IMG/VR virus record: IMGVR_UViG_3300020161_001528
Coordinates: 1-39,711 of that record
Direction: 5' to 3' (one strand)
From: a virus
Taxonomy: Duplodnaviria > Caudoviricetes
DNA length: 39,711 nt
Shown here in pieces: positions 26,811-35,450 of the stretch. The notes under the pieces are model-generated. The model searched no databases. It was not told the origin of the DNA and worked only from the letters and a program-made list of their open reading frames with translations. The translations under genes and the position numbers were made by a program. Positions within the stretch are counted from its first letter, which is position 1. Each line of letters starts with the position of its first letter.

Positions 26811-27128
26811 TTAAATTAGTCCCATCTCTTCATCCAGTCTGGTCATCTTCTCAAGTGCTTGCTTTGAAAGCAGATTACGAATTGCTTCAAGATGACCATT
26901 GCTATCTGCACCATGTTCGATACGACAATCAATTTCATTCATGATGCGACCCTTCTCTAACCATGCTTGACATACTTCATCGCGCTCTTGTTGCAACTTG
27001 TTAGTAACACTTACAAGTTCAGCGCGCATCCGTTCGATCTCGGCAGCGGCTTCTTGGCAGTGAAGTTCAACGGAACGATCATTGTGACGAATACTAAGAA
27101 GCCATGTAACGATGTCTATGTCACTCAT
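26811..27128 (-). CDS. Hypothetical coiled-coil phage protein (MSDIDIVTWL...EAAAEIERMR)
   Basis: GGAG SD before ATG 27128. The EAAxEIER motif is common in small phage accessory proteins. Confidence 0.7.
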   Translation of the reverse strand: MSDIDIVTWLLSIRHNDRSVELHCQEAAAEIERMRAELVSVTNKLQQERDEVCQAWLEKGRIMNEIDCRIEHGADSNGHLEAIRNLLSKQALEKMTRLDEEMGLI

Positions 27129-27387
27129 AGTTTCTCCGTTCAATCCATCTATCCTCGTAGAGATCGTGAATTTCTTGTTCAAGTTTTGCTATATCTTTCC
27201 TATAGCACTCGGCCTTGAATTGCCAATATGCTCGTTCACGGGCCATTGATTGCATTGTTTGAATCGTCTTGTCGATAAGAGTATGTACCTCTTTTTCTCC
27301 AAGAGTCAATTCAGTCATAGACCTTTTATACAGATCATCCATGAGAATTTGCTCTTCGTGTGTAAATTCACGATTGTCAATGCTCAT
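27121..27387 (-). CDS. Hypothetical helical protein
   Basis: AAGGAG SD before ATG 27387, with ATGA overlap with the upstream gene. Confidence 0.7.
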   Translation of the reverse strand: MSIDNREFTHEEQILMDDLYKRSMTELTLGEKEVHTLIDKTIQTMQSMARERAYWQFKAECYRKDIAKLEQEIHDLYEDRWIERRNYE

Positions 27388-27581
27388 ACGAAACTCCTTT
27401 GGTATCGTTCCTTGATCGTCTTGCACTCAATTCTTGCGGCTCCGTCCTTGTGCATCTTACGCTGCTTGGTAATGACTTTACCCATACCAATAGGACGACA
27501 TGCCAACTGACGGTGCCGAGCAATTGCATTTGCCTGTTGCTCCATCATCAGATCGATTTCGTCAATCTTACGCTTTGCCAT
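27384..27581 (-). CDS. Hypothetical basic protein (65 aa)
   Basis: TAATG coupling to the upstream ORF; part of the tiled minus-strand operon. Confidence 0.7.
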   Translation of the reverse strand: MAKRKIDEIDLMMEQQANAIARHRQLACRPIGMGKVITKQRKMHKDGAARIECKTIKERYQRSFV

Positions 27582-27760
27582 TAGATGGCCTTTCCATCAT
27601 ACCAATTCTTGACTGCATCTTCTGCCAGACGGTATGAGAAGAATGTCTTGGCATTTACGATAATATCATCTTCGTAAAAGTTAACAACATAGACTGGCAT
27701 ACTAGTCTCACCACTAAGCATTGTTTCGATTTCTGCTGACTTCAAAGGTTTTGTTTCCAT
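27581..27760 (-). CDS. Hypothetical protein (59 aa, METKPLKSAEIE...LAEDAVKNWYDGKAI)
   Basis: Translated by hand. Fills the gap between the tRNA-like gene and 27581. Confidence 0.7.
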   Translation of the reverse strand: METKPLKSAEIETMLSGETSMPVYVVNFYEDDIIVNAKTFFSYRLAEDAVKNWYDGKAI

Positions 27761-27762
27761 AA

Positions 27763-27833
27763 TGCGCCGACCTGGTGCTGCCCCAGTTTTAGACCGTTAT
27801 AAGCGGCCCTGCGAAGCTGTCCGCCCTCGGCGC
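27763..27833 (-). tRNA. Non-canonical tRNA-Ile(UAU)-like gene
   Basis: Perfect 7-bp acceptor stem GCGCCGA/TCGGCGC + A, D arm GCGG-ACAGCT-TCGC, anticodon arm GGGCCG-CTTATAA-CGGTCT, T arm CTGG-GGCAGCA-CCAG lacking TTC. Has its own promoter. Confidence 0.75.
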
Positions 27834-27841
27834 GTGTGAGT

Positions 27842-27869
27842 ATTGTAAACTATTCTGACGGATTGTCAA
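27842..27869 (-). promoter_or_regulatory. Sigma70-type promoter
   Basis: TTGACA-16 nt-TACAAT, ending 8 nt before the tRNA-like gene. Confidence 0.7.
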
Positions 27870-28092
27870 TAGGTGATTCAAAGGAAAGTTTACATTTCTT
27901 TTGAGTCACATGACCATTAACGGTCTTGACAAGGTAATTGGACTTTTGCCGGTCATCGTCGTGACCTAGGCGATATCCAAGTTCAGGAACGCTATCCTTA
28001 AATGCCTCAAGCAAAGAAATTAGCTCTTGGCACTTATTGATGGCATCTTGCTCCGTCATGTTTAGGGGAATGTCAATGTAGAATCGAAACAT
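27850..28092 (-). CDS. Hypothetical protein (80 aa)
   Basis: AAGGA SD and TAATG coupling. Confidence 0.7.
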   Translation of the reverse strand: MFRFYIDIPLNMTEQDAINKCQELISLLEAFKDSVPELGYRLGHDDDRQKSNYLVKTVNGHVTQKKCKLSFESPIDNPSE

Positions 28093-28208
28093 TATTCTTC
28101 GTCCTTTCTTCTAAAAATCACAATCAAACCAACTATAACAAAAGTGTAGAAAAACATAACACCTATGAATTGTGGCCATGATATGTAATCTTTTAAAGTT
28201 TCTTCCAT
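28092..28208 (-). CDS. 38-aa single-pass membrane peptide MEETLKDYISWPQFIGVMFFYTFVIVGLIVIFRRKDEE
   Basis: Translated by hand. Hydrophobic helix followed by RRK; the stop overlaps the next ATG. Confidence 0.7.
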   Translation of the reverse strand: MEETLKDYISWPQFIGVMFFYTFVIVGLIVIFRRKDEE

Positions 28209-28210
28209 TG

Positions 28211-28258
28211 AAAGTCCCCGAAGGAAACGGGGCCAGACCCTTTCGAATCTGGCCCCGT
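28211..28258 (-). terminator. Intrinsic terminator-like hairpin with an overlapping UUCG hairpin
   Basis: ACGGGGCCAGATTC-GAAA-GGGTCTGGCCCCGT, then GTTTCC-TTCG-GGGGAC-like stem and TTT. Confidence 0.75.
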
Positions 28259-28279
28259 CGAATCACTCAGTTGTTAGTA

Positions 28280-28546
28280 TCAGGCGATCTGATAACGCGA
28301 ACCGTCACGGCGGAAACCGTAGGTACGCTCACCCGGATGGGTGTCACGCATGAAGTAGCGACCACGGGAGTCGGTCACGATTTCCCAGTTACCGTACTTC
28401 TCGACCATCTCGCGGATGTCGCTGATGGTGGCGCGGAGGTTACCCACACCGTACTTTTCTGCCGCTTCACGGGGGCAAAGACCCCATCCACGGGAGAGAT
28501 GATTAATGACCTGACGCTTCTTGCTGAGATTGTTGTTGTTACGCAT
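28280..28546 (-). CDS. Small winged helix-turn-helix DNA-binding protein
   Basis: KKRQVINHL..G..L.PREAAEKYGVGNLRATISDIRE. GC-richer codon usage, with its own promoter and terminator. Confidence 0.75.
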   Translation of the reverse strand: MRNNNNLSKKRQVINHLSRGWGLCPREAAEKYGVGNLRATISDIREMVEKYGNWEIVTDSRGRYFMRDTHPGERTYGFRRDGSRYQIA

Positions 28547-28629
28547 AACGATAAAATTCACTTTCCTAAATACACTCTTCAATCTAAACCGGGGATTCCG
28601 AGTGTCTGAGTCCCGATTACTATGCAAGT

Positions 28630-28658
28630 ATTGTAGCAGACTGTTTCCATTCTGTCAA
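28630..28658 (-). promoter_or_regulatory. Sigma70-type promoter
   Basis: TTGACA-17 nt-TACAAT with an extended -10 TG. Confidence 0.8.
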
Positions 28659-28696
28659 TACCCTGAGAAGAACTTTCTTAAGATTGTTCTTCTCAA

Positions 28697-28771
<75 letters not shown>

Positions 28772-28774
28772 AAT

Positions 28775-28838
28775 GCGGTTGGCGATTCCGCTTACGCCAA
28801 GGTTTATTTTTATGATCTGTTGAACCTTAACCACAGAT
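28775..28838 (-). ncRNA. Candidate structured RNA: two tandem H-type pseudoknots upstream of tRNA-Lys
   Basis: ATCTGT/ACAGAT crossed by AAGGTT/AACCTT, then TTGGCG/CGCCAA crossed by GCGG/CCGC. Confidence 0.45.
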
Positions 28839-28966
28839 GCACAACACATGTTAGGGACACCGTGTCAACCCTTATAATATACACATTGATAGGTTCAATG
28901 ATAAACCAGTTAATAACTTATGTTAAAGATGATACATGTTTAACTCCATTACTTTCTTATGCTTTA

Positions 28967-28994
28967 ATTATAGCAGATTCGCGGTGTTTGTCAA
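28967..28994 (-). promoter_or_regulatory. Consensus sigma70 promoter
   Basis: TTGACA-16 nt-TATAAT with an extended -10 TG. Confidence 0.8.
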
Positions 28995-29528
28995 TACCCA
29001 CCACTCTGGAATCTTATTATTCTTCCACTTGGCAAAACGTGCCTTTGCACCGATATAATAGGCACGATATGCCATTACGGCATTTTCGTGCTTGTAAACA
29101 TCTGGCATCGCCTGAGCAAATGGCGTAAGTGGACCATTTGTAAGATTTGCAGGTCTATTCTTCTGCAACCATGTAAGTAGATTGCTTGATGTATGAACCT
29201 TGCCATATCGAGAAGTATATTCAATACACATCTCTACGGCATGAGATGCCAACCAATCATAGTTTGAATTAGTCTCTCTAGTCCAAATTGTACAAGGATG
29301 ATTAATCATTGTTGATTGATAAAGAAACCCATCGATGATTGGATTATTGTGACGATAGGTAGTATACTTTCTACCAGACTTTGTTAGTTTGGTAGAATAA
29401 TAACCATCAAGATAACGATGTGCAGTTGAGAGTAGTTGAGCACTCTCAAGAATCATCTTTACTACATGCTTGTCACATAGCGATTGTGCCGCGACTGTTG
29501 GATTGTTATCAAGTACAAAGATATTCAT
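28968..29528 (-). CDS. Pyrimidine-dimer DNA glycosylase / endonuclease V (DenV)-family protein
   Basis: MNIFVLD...AAQSLCDKHVVKMILESAQLLSTAH...NHPCTIW...NYDWL...EY..RYGKVH...TPFAQAMPD.YK...AYRAYY. Start at ATG 29528. Confidence 0.88.
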   Translation of the reverse strand: MNIFVLDNNPTVAAQSLCDKHVVKMILESAQLLSTAHRYLDGYYSTKLTKSGRKYTTYRHNNPIIDGFLYQSTMINHPCTIWTRETNSNYDWLASHAVEMCIEYTSRYGKVHTSSNLLTWLQKNRPANLTNGPLTPFAQAMPDVYKHENAVMAYRAYYIGAKARFAKWKNNKIPEWWVLTNTANLL

Positions 29529-29674
29529 ACAAACGTGGGTGGGATAAGACCTGTCTTCTCCCACATTTCCCTGGTCTTCTTCTTTGCGTCCTTACGCATT
29601 TCAATTGCCTTATTACGGTTCTTGATAATCTTCTTACGGTGCTTACGCTTTACGACTCTTCCTGATTTGTTCAT
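29525..29674 (-). CDS. 49-aa basic peptide MNKSGRVVKRKHRKKIIKNRNKAIEMRKDAKKKTREMWEKTGLIPPTFV
   Basis: Translated by hand. GGAG SD in the end of guaC and ATGA overlap with the glycosylase gene. Confidence 0.75.
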   Translation of the reverse strand: MNKSGRVVKRKHRKKIIKNRNKAIEMRKDAKKKTREMWEKTGLIPPTFV

Positions 29675-29675
29675 T

Positions 29676-30683
29676 TCATGCTCCAAAAATATTATTGATT
29701 TGATTATTCACTCTAACAAATGTAGTACACTTTGGTAGATGCTTGAGTCTACTTGCACCAACATAGGTACATGCAGATCGCAACCCACCTAGAATTTCGC
29801 TCAGGACATTAATAACACTGCCCTTGTAATCTACCTGAACTAATTTCCCTTCGCTAGCCCGGTGAGATGCTACCCCACCGAAATGCTTTTTCATGGCAAA
29901 CTCCGACGACATGCCATAAAAAGTTTTGTGTGTTAGAACACCATTTGAATATAGTGGTGTTCCTTCAGACTCATCGGTGCCGGAAAGCATCCCACCGAGC
30001 ATAACGAAGTCCGCGCCGCCTCCGAAGGACTTTGCGATATCACCGGGACAGGTACACCCACCATCCGCCATGATATGACCTCCCAGACCGTGTGCCGCGT
30101 CGGCACACTCCATCACTGCTGAGAGTTGAGGATATCCCACCCCGGTCATCTTGCGTGTTGTGCATACGCTTCCGGGGCCGATTCCAACCTTGACTATATC
30201 CGCGCCTGACAGGAGTAGTGCTTCTGTCATTTCCGCCGTTACTACATTCCCTGCTATGATTATTGCATTCTTCCATTTTTGTCTTGTTTCCTTTACTAGA
30301 TCGACAAACACTTCCGTGTATCCATTTGCTACATCCAAACAGATAAACGGAATATCTTCATTATAAAACTCTTGTAGATTTTCCCTACTTGCCTCGTCAA
30401 GTCCGCAAGTCAACGCGATATATTCTTTATTTAGAATTTGATCATATTCGCCCTTGCTGATAAACTTGTGCATGCAAGTAATTGCACGATACGGACTAAG
30501 TGCATTTGCCATCTTGGGGACACCAATGGTATCCATGTTGGCAGCCACAATCGGAACCCCAGTCCAAGTTCTTTTACTATGCAAAAATGTAAAGGTTCTA
30601 GTTAGATCTACTTCTGCACGAGATGTCAACTTAGAACGCTTTGGACGAATCAATACATCAGAATAATCAAGCTTCATTTCCAT
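29676..30683 (-). CDS. guaC: GMP reductase
   Basis: [78 protein letters not shown]. An alternative GTG start exists at 30698. Confidence 0.96.
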   Translation of the reverse strand: MEMKLDYSDVLIRPKRSKLTSRAEVDLTRTFTFLHSKRTWTGVPIVAANMDTIGVPKMANALSPYRAITCMHKFISKGEYDQILNKEYIALTCGLDEASRENLQEFYNEDIPFICLDVANGYTEVFVDLVKETRQKWKNAIIIAGNVVTAEMTEALLLSGADIVKVGIGPGSVCTTRKMTGVGYPQLSAVMECADAAHGLGGHIMADGGCTCPGDIAKSFGGGADFVMLGGMLSGTDESEGTPLYSNGVLTHKTFYGMSSEFAMKKHFGGVASHRASEGKLVQVDYKGSVINVLSEILGGLRSACTYVGASRLKHLPKCTTFVRVNNQINNIFGA

Positions 30684-30897
30684 TAGATTTCTTTCCACTG
30701 TTCTTTCCGCCCATATGAGTTTCGATATGGAGTTGGAGAGACTTCATCTTCTTTGCAAGAGTCTTTCTATCTGTCTTGTCTAGAAGATATTGCTCATAAG
30801 TATACACTGCCTGGGTTGCCAGTTCAATGAGTTCGATGACATAATCATCGTCATATGCGTTTTGTTTAGTTCTCCCGAACAATGTCAATTTCCTCAA
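30667..30897 (-). CDS. Hypothetical protein (YEQYLLDK motif)
   Basis: Tiles the operon; start uncertain. Confidence 0.6.
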   Translation of the reverse strand: MRKLTLFGRTKQNAYDDDYVIELIELATQAVYTYEQYLLDKTDRKTLAKKMKSLQLHIETHMGGKNSGKKSNGNEA

Positions 30898-31174
30898 AAA
30901 GATTCATCTGTCCGTCCCTGCTTTCATACTTCATATTTTGAAGAAATGTTGCGGCCTGAAGAAGTGCCTCTCTGAGTTCGTCAATTGCATTTTCATTATA
31001 AACTTCAATGCTCTCTTTACAATCCCATCCAGAAAGATGAAGACCCAAAATACCATCTGCATTCTTTCTGATTGTTATAACTGGATTTTGCTTTGCATCC
31101 AAAAAGACCTCTGCAATAAACTGAATGTTACCATTCAAAAAATCATCCGCATCACTCACAATATTAATATTCAT
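30866..31174 (-). CDS. Hypothetical acidic protein
   Basis: ATGA coupling with the upstream gene. Confidence 0.7.
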   Translation of the reverse strand: MNINIVSDADDFLNGNIQFIAEVFLDAKQNPVITIRKNADGILGLHLSGWDCKESIEVYNENAIDELREALLQAATFLQNMKYESRDGQMNLFEEIDIVREN

Positions 31175-31503
31175 TGTTTTTTAATTTCCTTCACTTTTTC
31201 TAGTTCAACTTTAGATTGTGTCAAATCATCTGATGTATAAAAATGTAAAACATTTTGTATGTAGAAACTTTTCCACTCTTTATCTATTATATCATAGACT
31301 GGTATCAAATCAAGTATTCTGTTTTGGAATGAAAAAATTTCATTAAGGTATTTTTCATATTCTTTTGGTAGAGTCGCCGGAGAAAGAGTACAGTAAAGGC
31401 TTCTAAATCTACCATTCGTTGCTTTTCTAAAGTATACTCTACATACACCTTGTGACAAGTAGCTTAAAATAACTTCTCTGGTTATTTCTTTTCCTACAAG
31501 CAT
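31171..31503 (-). CDS. WYL_2/DUF2693-like SH3-barrel protein
   Basis: L..GVCRVYFRK..G..R...CTL...IPVYDI..KEWKSF....V pattern of conserved T4-like WYL_2 proteins. Confidence 0.78.
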   Translation of the reverse strand: MLVGKEITREVILSYLSQGVCRVYFRKATNGRFRSLYCTLSPATLPKEYEKYLNEIFSFQNRILDLIPVYDIIDKEWKSFYIQNVLHFYTSDDLTQSKVELEKVKEIKKQ

Positions 31504-33038
31504 TACTCATCTCCAGGCAAAGTTTCAGGAAGATTAAATCTTTTTCTGAGTTTCTTCAAAACATCTTTTGCTGCTTTTCTATTTTCTCCAAATTTCCAAT
31601 TATATTCTTGCCAACCATGAGATTCTTTTAAAGGTTGTACCGAATGGGCATAATCAGTTAATACCTTATGATCTCTTTCTAATCTTATAATTACACCACG
31701 GGCATTTGTTCTAATTATGGGATTTCTATATTCATCTCTATTTAAAAACTCTTTTGTGGCCGCATGTAAATTTCCAGAATTAAAATGTTTTAGAAAAGTA
31801 GGAGAATCTGTAACATGACCTCTATATACACCACTAACCAATACTGCTTGAACATGAGGTGGATGTTTATGTAAATCTGGAATCAATTTAATTGTTCTTT
31901 GCAAATGCTCATCGTAATCTGCTTCGAATAATTTTTCTGCATGTTCATTTGTGAGTGCACCACCACCATGCATAACATGCGCTCGCAAGGAATCACCCTG
32001 ATCTCCAAATGCTCTGCGAAATGAATCAGTAGATCCTGAAGCTTGTAAATTATGACCGTAACCTATGGTCAAATATTGATTTTTGTTTGTGTCTTTATAT
32101 ACTTTAAGTTTCAATCCCTCATCTTGTTTTACTAGTTTTTTAATATCATCGTGATGAATTTTATGTTCTACTACTGGAGGGGTTTCTGATGAAGAGGGTT
32201 GAGTTTGAACTGGTGGATTTATATAATTTCTTAATGCGTTTGCAGTTGACTTTGCTCCCAGCACTGTACCAACAGTAGCTGCTAGTCCTAATACACCGGC
32301 CGCAACCTTTTTTCCTATACCTTCATTCAAAGACAACGATGCGTCTTTCATCTGATCCATATGATCATTCATTCTATCAAGATACCCAGAATTACGCAAC
32401 TCTTTGAATACTAAATTTTCATAAGAGAACTCGCCTGACTTTTTTAGCCCTGCCACTCTCATGTTTTTAATTTTATCTTTGAGTGTCTTGAAAGAAAACT
32501 CGTTTGCTCCACCAGAAATTAAATCATCAATTCTATGTTTAAGGTGATCTATCTTGTGAAGGAGGTGTGGATTATCATAATCTACACGAACATGATTGGG
32601 ATGTACCAACCAGTCATCGTTCTTTAAACTATACACCCCTTGATCTTTTTGATATGGGTCATTGACATCTTGAGCATATAGTTCAACATCATGACCTTTT
32701 ACTTTGACATCATGAATCTTTGACCAGAGTTCTTTCTTATCTTTTAAATACTCATCAACGAACTCAGGCGCAGCTTCCATTTGATCTTTATGAATTACAA
32801 AGTGAATGTCTAGATCAGAATGTTCGGTGTAATTATAATTTGCATTACCACCAACTAAAATTATATCTTCTATTATGCTATTTGGTATTTTTGCAAAATC
32901 TTGCCAAAACTTTGCAATGTACAAAAGATGATTTCTGATTTCTGGTTTTAATTTATCATTTTCCCAGAAAACAGGATTCAACTCGTCATGGTACTGAAGA
33001 GTTAGTGCTTCTTTGATATAGGATGAAAAAGTTTTCAT
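31503..33038 (-). CDS. Putative internal head protein: pol-beta-like nucleotidyltransferase fused to a GH24-like lysozyme
   Basis: Leader MKTFSSYIKE. NTase motif DIILVGGNANYNYTEHSDLDIH...VELY. Lysozyme motif DEGLKLKVYKDT....LTIGYGHNL. Confidence 0.85.
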   Translation of the reverse strand: MKTFSSYIKEALTLQYHDELNPVFWENDKLKPEIRNHLLYIAKFWQDFAKIPNSIIEDIILVGGNANYNYTEHSDLDIHFVIHKDQMEAAPEFVDEYLKDKKELWSKIHDVKVKGHDVELYAQDVNDPYQKDQGVYSLKNDDWLVHPNHVRVDYDNPHLLHKIDHLKHRIDDLISGGANEFSFKTLKDKIKNMRVAGLKKSGEFSYENLVFKELRNSGYLDRMNDHMDQMKDASLSLNEGIGKKVAAGVLGLAATVGTVLGAKSTANALRNYINPPVQTQPSSSETPPVVEHKIHHDDIKKLVKQDEGLKLKVYKDTNKNQYLTIGYGHNLQASGSTDSFRRAFGDQGDSLRAHVMHGGGALTNEHAEKLFEADYDEHLQRTIKLIPDLHKHPPHVQAVLVSGVYRGHVTDSPTFLKHFNSGNLHAATKEFLNRDEYRNPIIRTNARGVIIRLERDHKVLTDYAHSVQPLKESHGWQEYNWKFGENRKAAKDVLKKLRKRFNLPETLPGDE

Positions 33039-33048
33039 TTATTTTTTG

Positions 33049-34773
33049 TTAAGCGCGATCTAGATGAACTCTTGCTGTCTGTCGAACTAGGGCATCTGGA
33101 TGATGAATTCCTAGTAAAACATGTCCTTCTCTTTCTGCCGATTCTTGTTTTTTAAGTCTTTCTAGTTCGTCGCCAAAAGAATGTTTTGCAGTAAACAATG
33201 CAAAATTGGCTTTGTGATTTTGAGGATGCATAAGGAAACGATTTATATGATGAGGAGTAATAGGATCATTTGCACCTAAATATTCAACACCGTCTGGTTT
33301 TGCGTTAATATCTTTTCTGTGTTGATCCCATAAATTTGCTGCTCTTTGAGTAGCGGATGTAATAAATTGTGCAGACGAAAGATTAGTTCTAAAATGAGAT
33401 TGTCCTTGAGTCTGGCCAGCATGAAAGAATCCATTATTATTATGAGGGTGTAATAATTTGGATATTGCAGTCACTTGCAACTCTTGTAAGTTTTTATCTT
33501 CTTGTGTTTTTGGCTGCATTCCTGCTGCATAATATGTGCGACCACGTGGTCCATAGGGATCAGATTCCGTATCTGAATGTGTACTTGGTCTTCTTTGTAA
33601 AATCGCTACAAGATCGTTTGCATGAACATTTGGATGATGAATTGCTGCCATTTGAAGACCATGAATATGTCTTTGTACTAGTTTTTGTTCTTCCTCTTCT
33701 GCTGGCAGACCTACTCCTCTTATGGTTCCTGCTTGAATTGCATCATGAATATCTTGATCTCCTGCTTCTCTTCCGTGTTGTTGCTTAAATGCTTCTCTGA
33801 AATTTCTATGAGAAGAATGTGCATCTGCAATTGCTCTTTGAGCATACGCAGGATCTAAAATCATAGAAAGATGGTGAGTATCATGAGAGAAATTTACTTT
33901 ATGTCTTTGATCTTCTGGTTCTACATTGTAACCAGAAACAACACCTTCACTTTGATGTGGAGTTCTCACCACAAACCCATGAGTTGGGCCACGAGAAAAA
34001 GTGCTGTGATGTAAGTGACCTAATAGTGGATTGGTCGTTGTAAATGCCTCGTGTTGTATATTAGATCTATTTTCTGTATTCCCAATATGTGATGGATCTA
34101 AAAATGTGTCTGCTCTTCCTAAAGCGTAGTGTAAGAATTGTGAATGAGGATCATTTCCTCTTACTGGAGGACGATCCATTACGGTTTGTTTTCTAGATGG
34201 AGGGGGTGGAGGAGGAGACTGTGTTTCGGTAGAAGATGATCTTTGTCTTGTTCCTCTTCTTTCTCCACTAGTTGGGTTGTAAATACTAACTAACGCATCG
34301 TTTATTTTTCCGTGATGTTTCTTTTGTTCTTCTTCCCAAGATAAAACATGATCAAGTGCAGTTTTACTATTTAAAGCTTTTCCCTCTTTTGGTTTCCAAT
34401 GTTCTCCACCGTGAGCAGTGTTTAGAATTGTATTAAGATCTGATCTGGTTAATCTAATTCTTGAACTAACATTTAGTGGTCTTTCGTGTGATGGACCTAC
34501 AAATAATTCATTTGGGGTAGTCGTTGATCCACTATTTAAAAAATCATAAGCAGACGTTACATGAGAAAATAATTTTCCAGCATTTGGGTTATCTTTGTTT
34601 CTATCTGGATGTAATGCAACAGACAATGCTCTATAGTTTTTTTTCAATAAGTTAGCATGTTCTTTATTGTTACGATCAAAATCAGCAGGAACACCCAAAA
34701 GACTATAGACATTCTCTTTTAAAAATACACTGTCGATTGACTCATTAAGATTTTTTAGTTGTTTTCTTTCCAT
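33049..34773 (-). CDS. J-domain (DnaJ-like) protein with a long His-rich extension; putative internal head protein
   Basis: YSLLGV...KKNYRALSVALHPDRN...F..VTSAYDFL. Start moved to ATG 34773, 5 nt after a TATAAATA. Confidence 0.85.
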   Translation of the reverse strand: MERKQLKNLNESIDSVFLKENVYSLLGVPADFDRNNKEHANLLKKNYRALSVALHPDRNKDNPNAGKLFSHVTSAYDFLNSGSTTTPNELFVGPSHERPLNVSSRIRLTRSDLNTILNTAHGGEHWKPKEGKALNSKTALDHVLSWEEEQKKHHGKINDALVSIYNPTSGERRGTRQRSSSTETQSPPPPPPSRKQTVMDRPPVRGNDPHSQFLHYALGRADTFLDPSHIGNTENRSNIQHEAFTTTNPLLGHLHHSTFSRGPTHGFVVRTPHQSEGVVSGYNVEPEDQRHKVNFSHDTHHLSMILDPAYAQRAIADAHSSHRNFREAFKQQHGREAGDQDIHDAIQAGTIRGVGLPAEEEEQKLVQRHIHGLQMAAIHHPNVHANDLVAILQRRPSTHSDTESDPYGPRGRTYYAAGMQPKTQEDKNLQELQVTAISKLLHPHNNNGFFHAGQTQGQSHFRTNLSSAQFITSATQRAANLWDQHRKDINAKPDGVEYLGANDPITPHHINRFLMHPQNHKANFALFTAKHSFGDELERLKKQESAEREGHVLLGIHHPDALVRQTARVHLDRA

Positions 34774-34954
34774 ATCTGTATTTATACATTTGTTTATCAA
34801 ATGCTCTGTCATCAAATGTTTCTGGAGAATATGCTGTTCCAACATACACGGGTGGATCAGTTGGAGGCTGAGTATGAATTGTCTCTTTTGGTTTATTAAA
34901 ATCAAAAGTGAGTTGTTCCCCAACTTCTAGAAGATAGTGTTTAAATGATTTCAT
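34745..34954 (-). CDS. Small putative internal head protein (MKSFKHYLLE leader)
   Basis: Start at ATG 34954, 5 nt after TATAAATA. Confidence 0.75.
   Translation of the reverse strand: MKSFKHYLLEVGEQLTFDFNKPKETIHTQPPTDPPVYVGTAYSPETFDDRAFDKQMYKYRYGKKTTKKS
34779..34786 (-). promoter_or_regulatory. T4-type late promoter TATAAATA
   Basis: Exact motif 5 nt upstream of ATG 34773. Confidence 0.75.
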
Positions 34955-34959
34955 GCTAT

Positions 34960-34971
34960 TATTTATAAATA
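34960..34971. promoter_or_regulatory. Palindromic bidirectional late promoter TATTTATAAATA
   Basis: TATAAATA on minus (34960-34967) and plus (34964-34971) between divergent genes. Confidence 0.75.
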
Positions 34972-35005
34972 ACAAAGTATATACATATATTTAAAGGGAA
35001 CTATT

Positions 35006-35434
35006 ATGAACTTAAAAGAATACTACAAAGAATTACTTTCAGAGCAACTATTGAATGAAATAGGTGCAGCAAAATTAGGAAGAATCGAAAAATCAATTGA
35101 AAGAAAAGAACTAAAAAAAGATAAAGCAACAGCGGCAATTAATTCCAATCGTGGAAGAATACAGGATGCTCTTTTAAATCCAGATGCGGTAAAAACCGCA
35201 GCCGTTGGACCCGGAAGTCCCCTACAACAGAGACTTAATACACTGTATATGGCAAGAGCCCGTGGTCAAGTTGGAAGAAAAGCAAAACGCATTGAGCGAG
35301 AGATGAAAATAGCAGGACAGGCGGGCATGGCAATTGGCCAGGGTGCTACAAATCCAGACACAATTCAATCATATAGCGATAGAATCAGTGGACTTGGCCA
35401 CCCAGGCGGTCACCCTAGATTTAAACCTAGATAA
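35006..35434 (+). CDS. Basic putative internal head protein (MNLKEYYKELLSEQLLNE leader)
   Basis: Only plus-strand gene in the cluster. AAGGGA SD, own late promoter and terminator. Confidence 0.8.
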   Translation: MNLKEYYKELLSEQLLNEIGAAKLGRIEKSIERKELKKDKATAAINSNRGRIQDALLNPDAVKTAAVGPGSPLQQRLNTLYMARARGQVGRKAKRIEREMKIAGQAGMAIGQGATNPDTIQSYSDRISGLGHPGGHPRFKPR

Positions 35435-35450
35435 TGTAAAAAAATAAAAT

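Noticed and set aside
28799-28838. Calling pseudoknot 1 a preQ1-I riboswitch
   Set aside because: Topology and the A-rich loop are similar, but I cannot confirm the ligand-binding residues and no queuosine gene follows. Kept as an unassigned RNA.
34774-34923. ORF-track N-terminal extension of the J-domain gene (likewise starts at 16959, 24707, 25720, 28627, 38574, 38738)
   Set aside because: The extensions overlap neighbouring genes or RNAs; downstream ATGs have matching promoters or SD sites.
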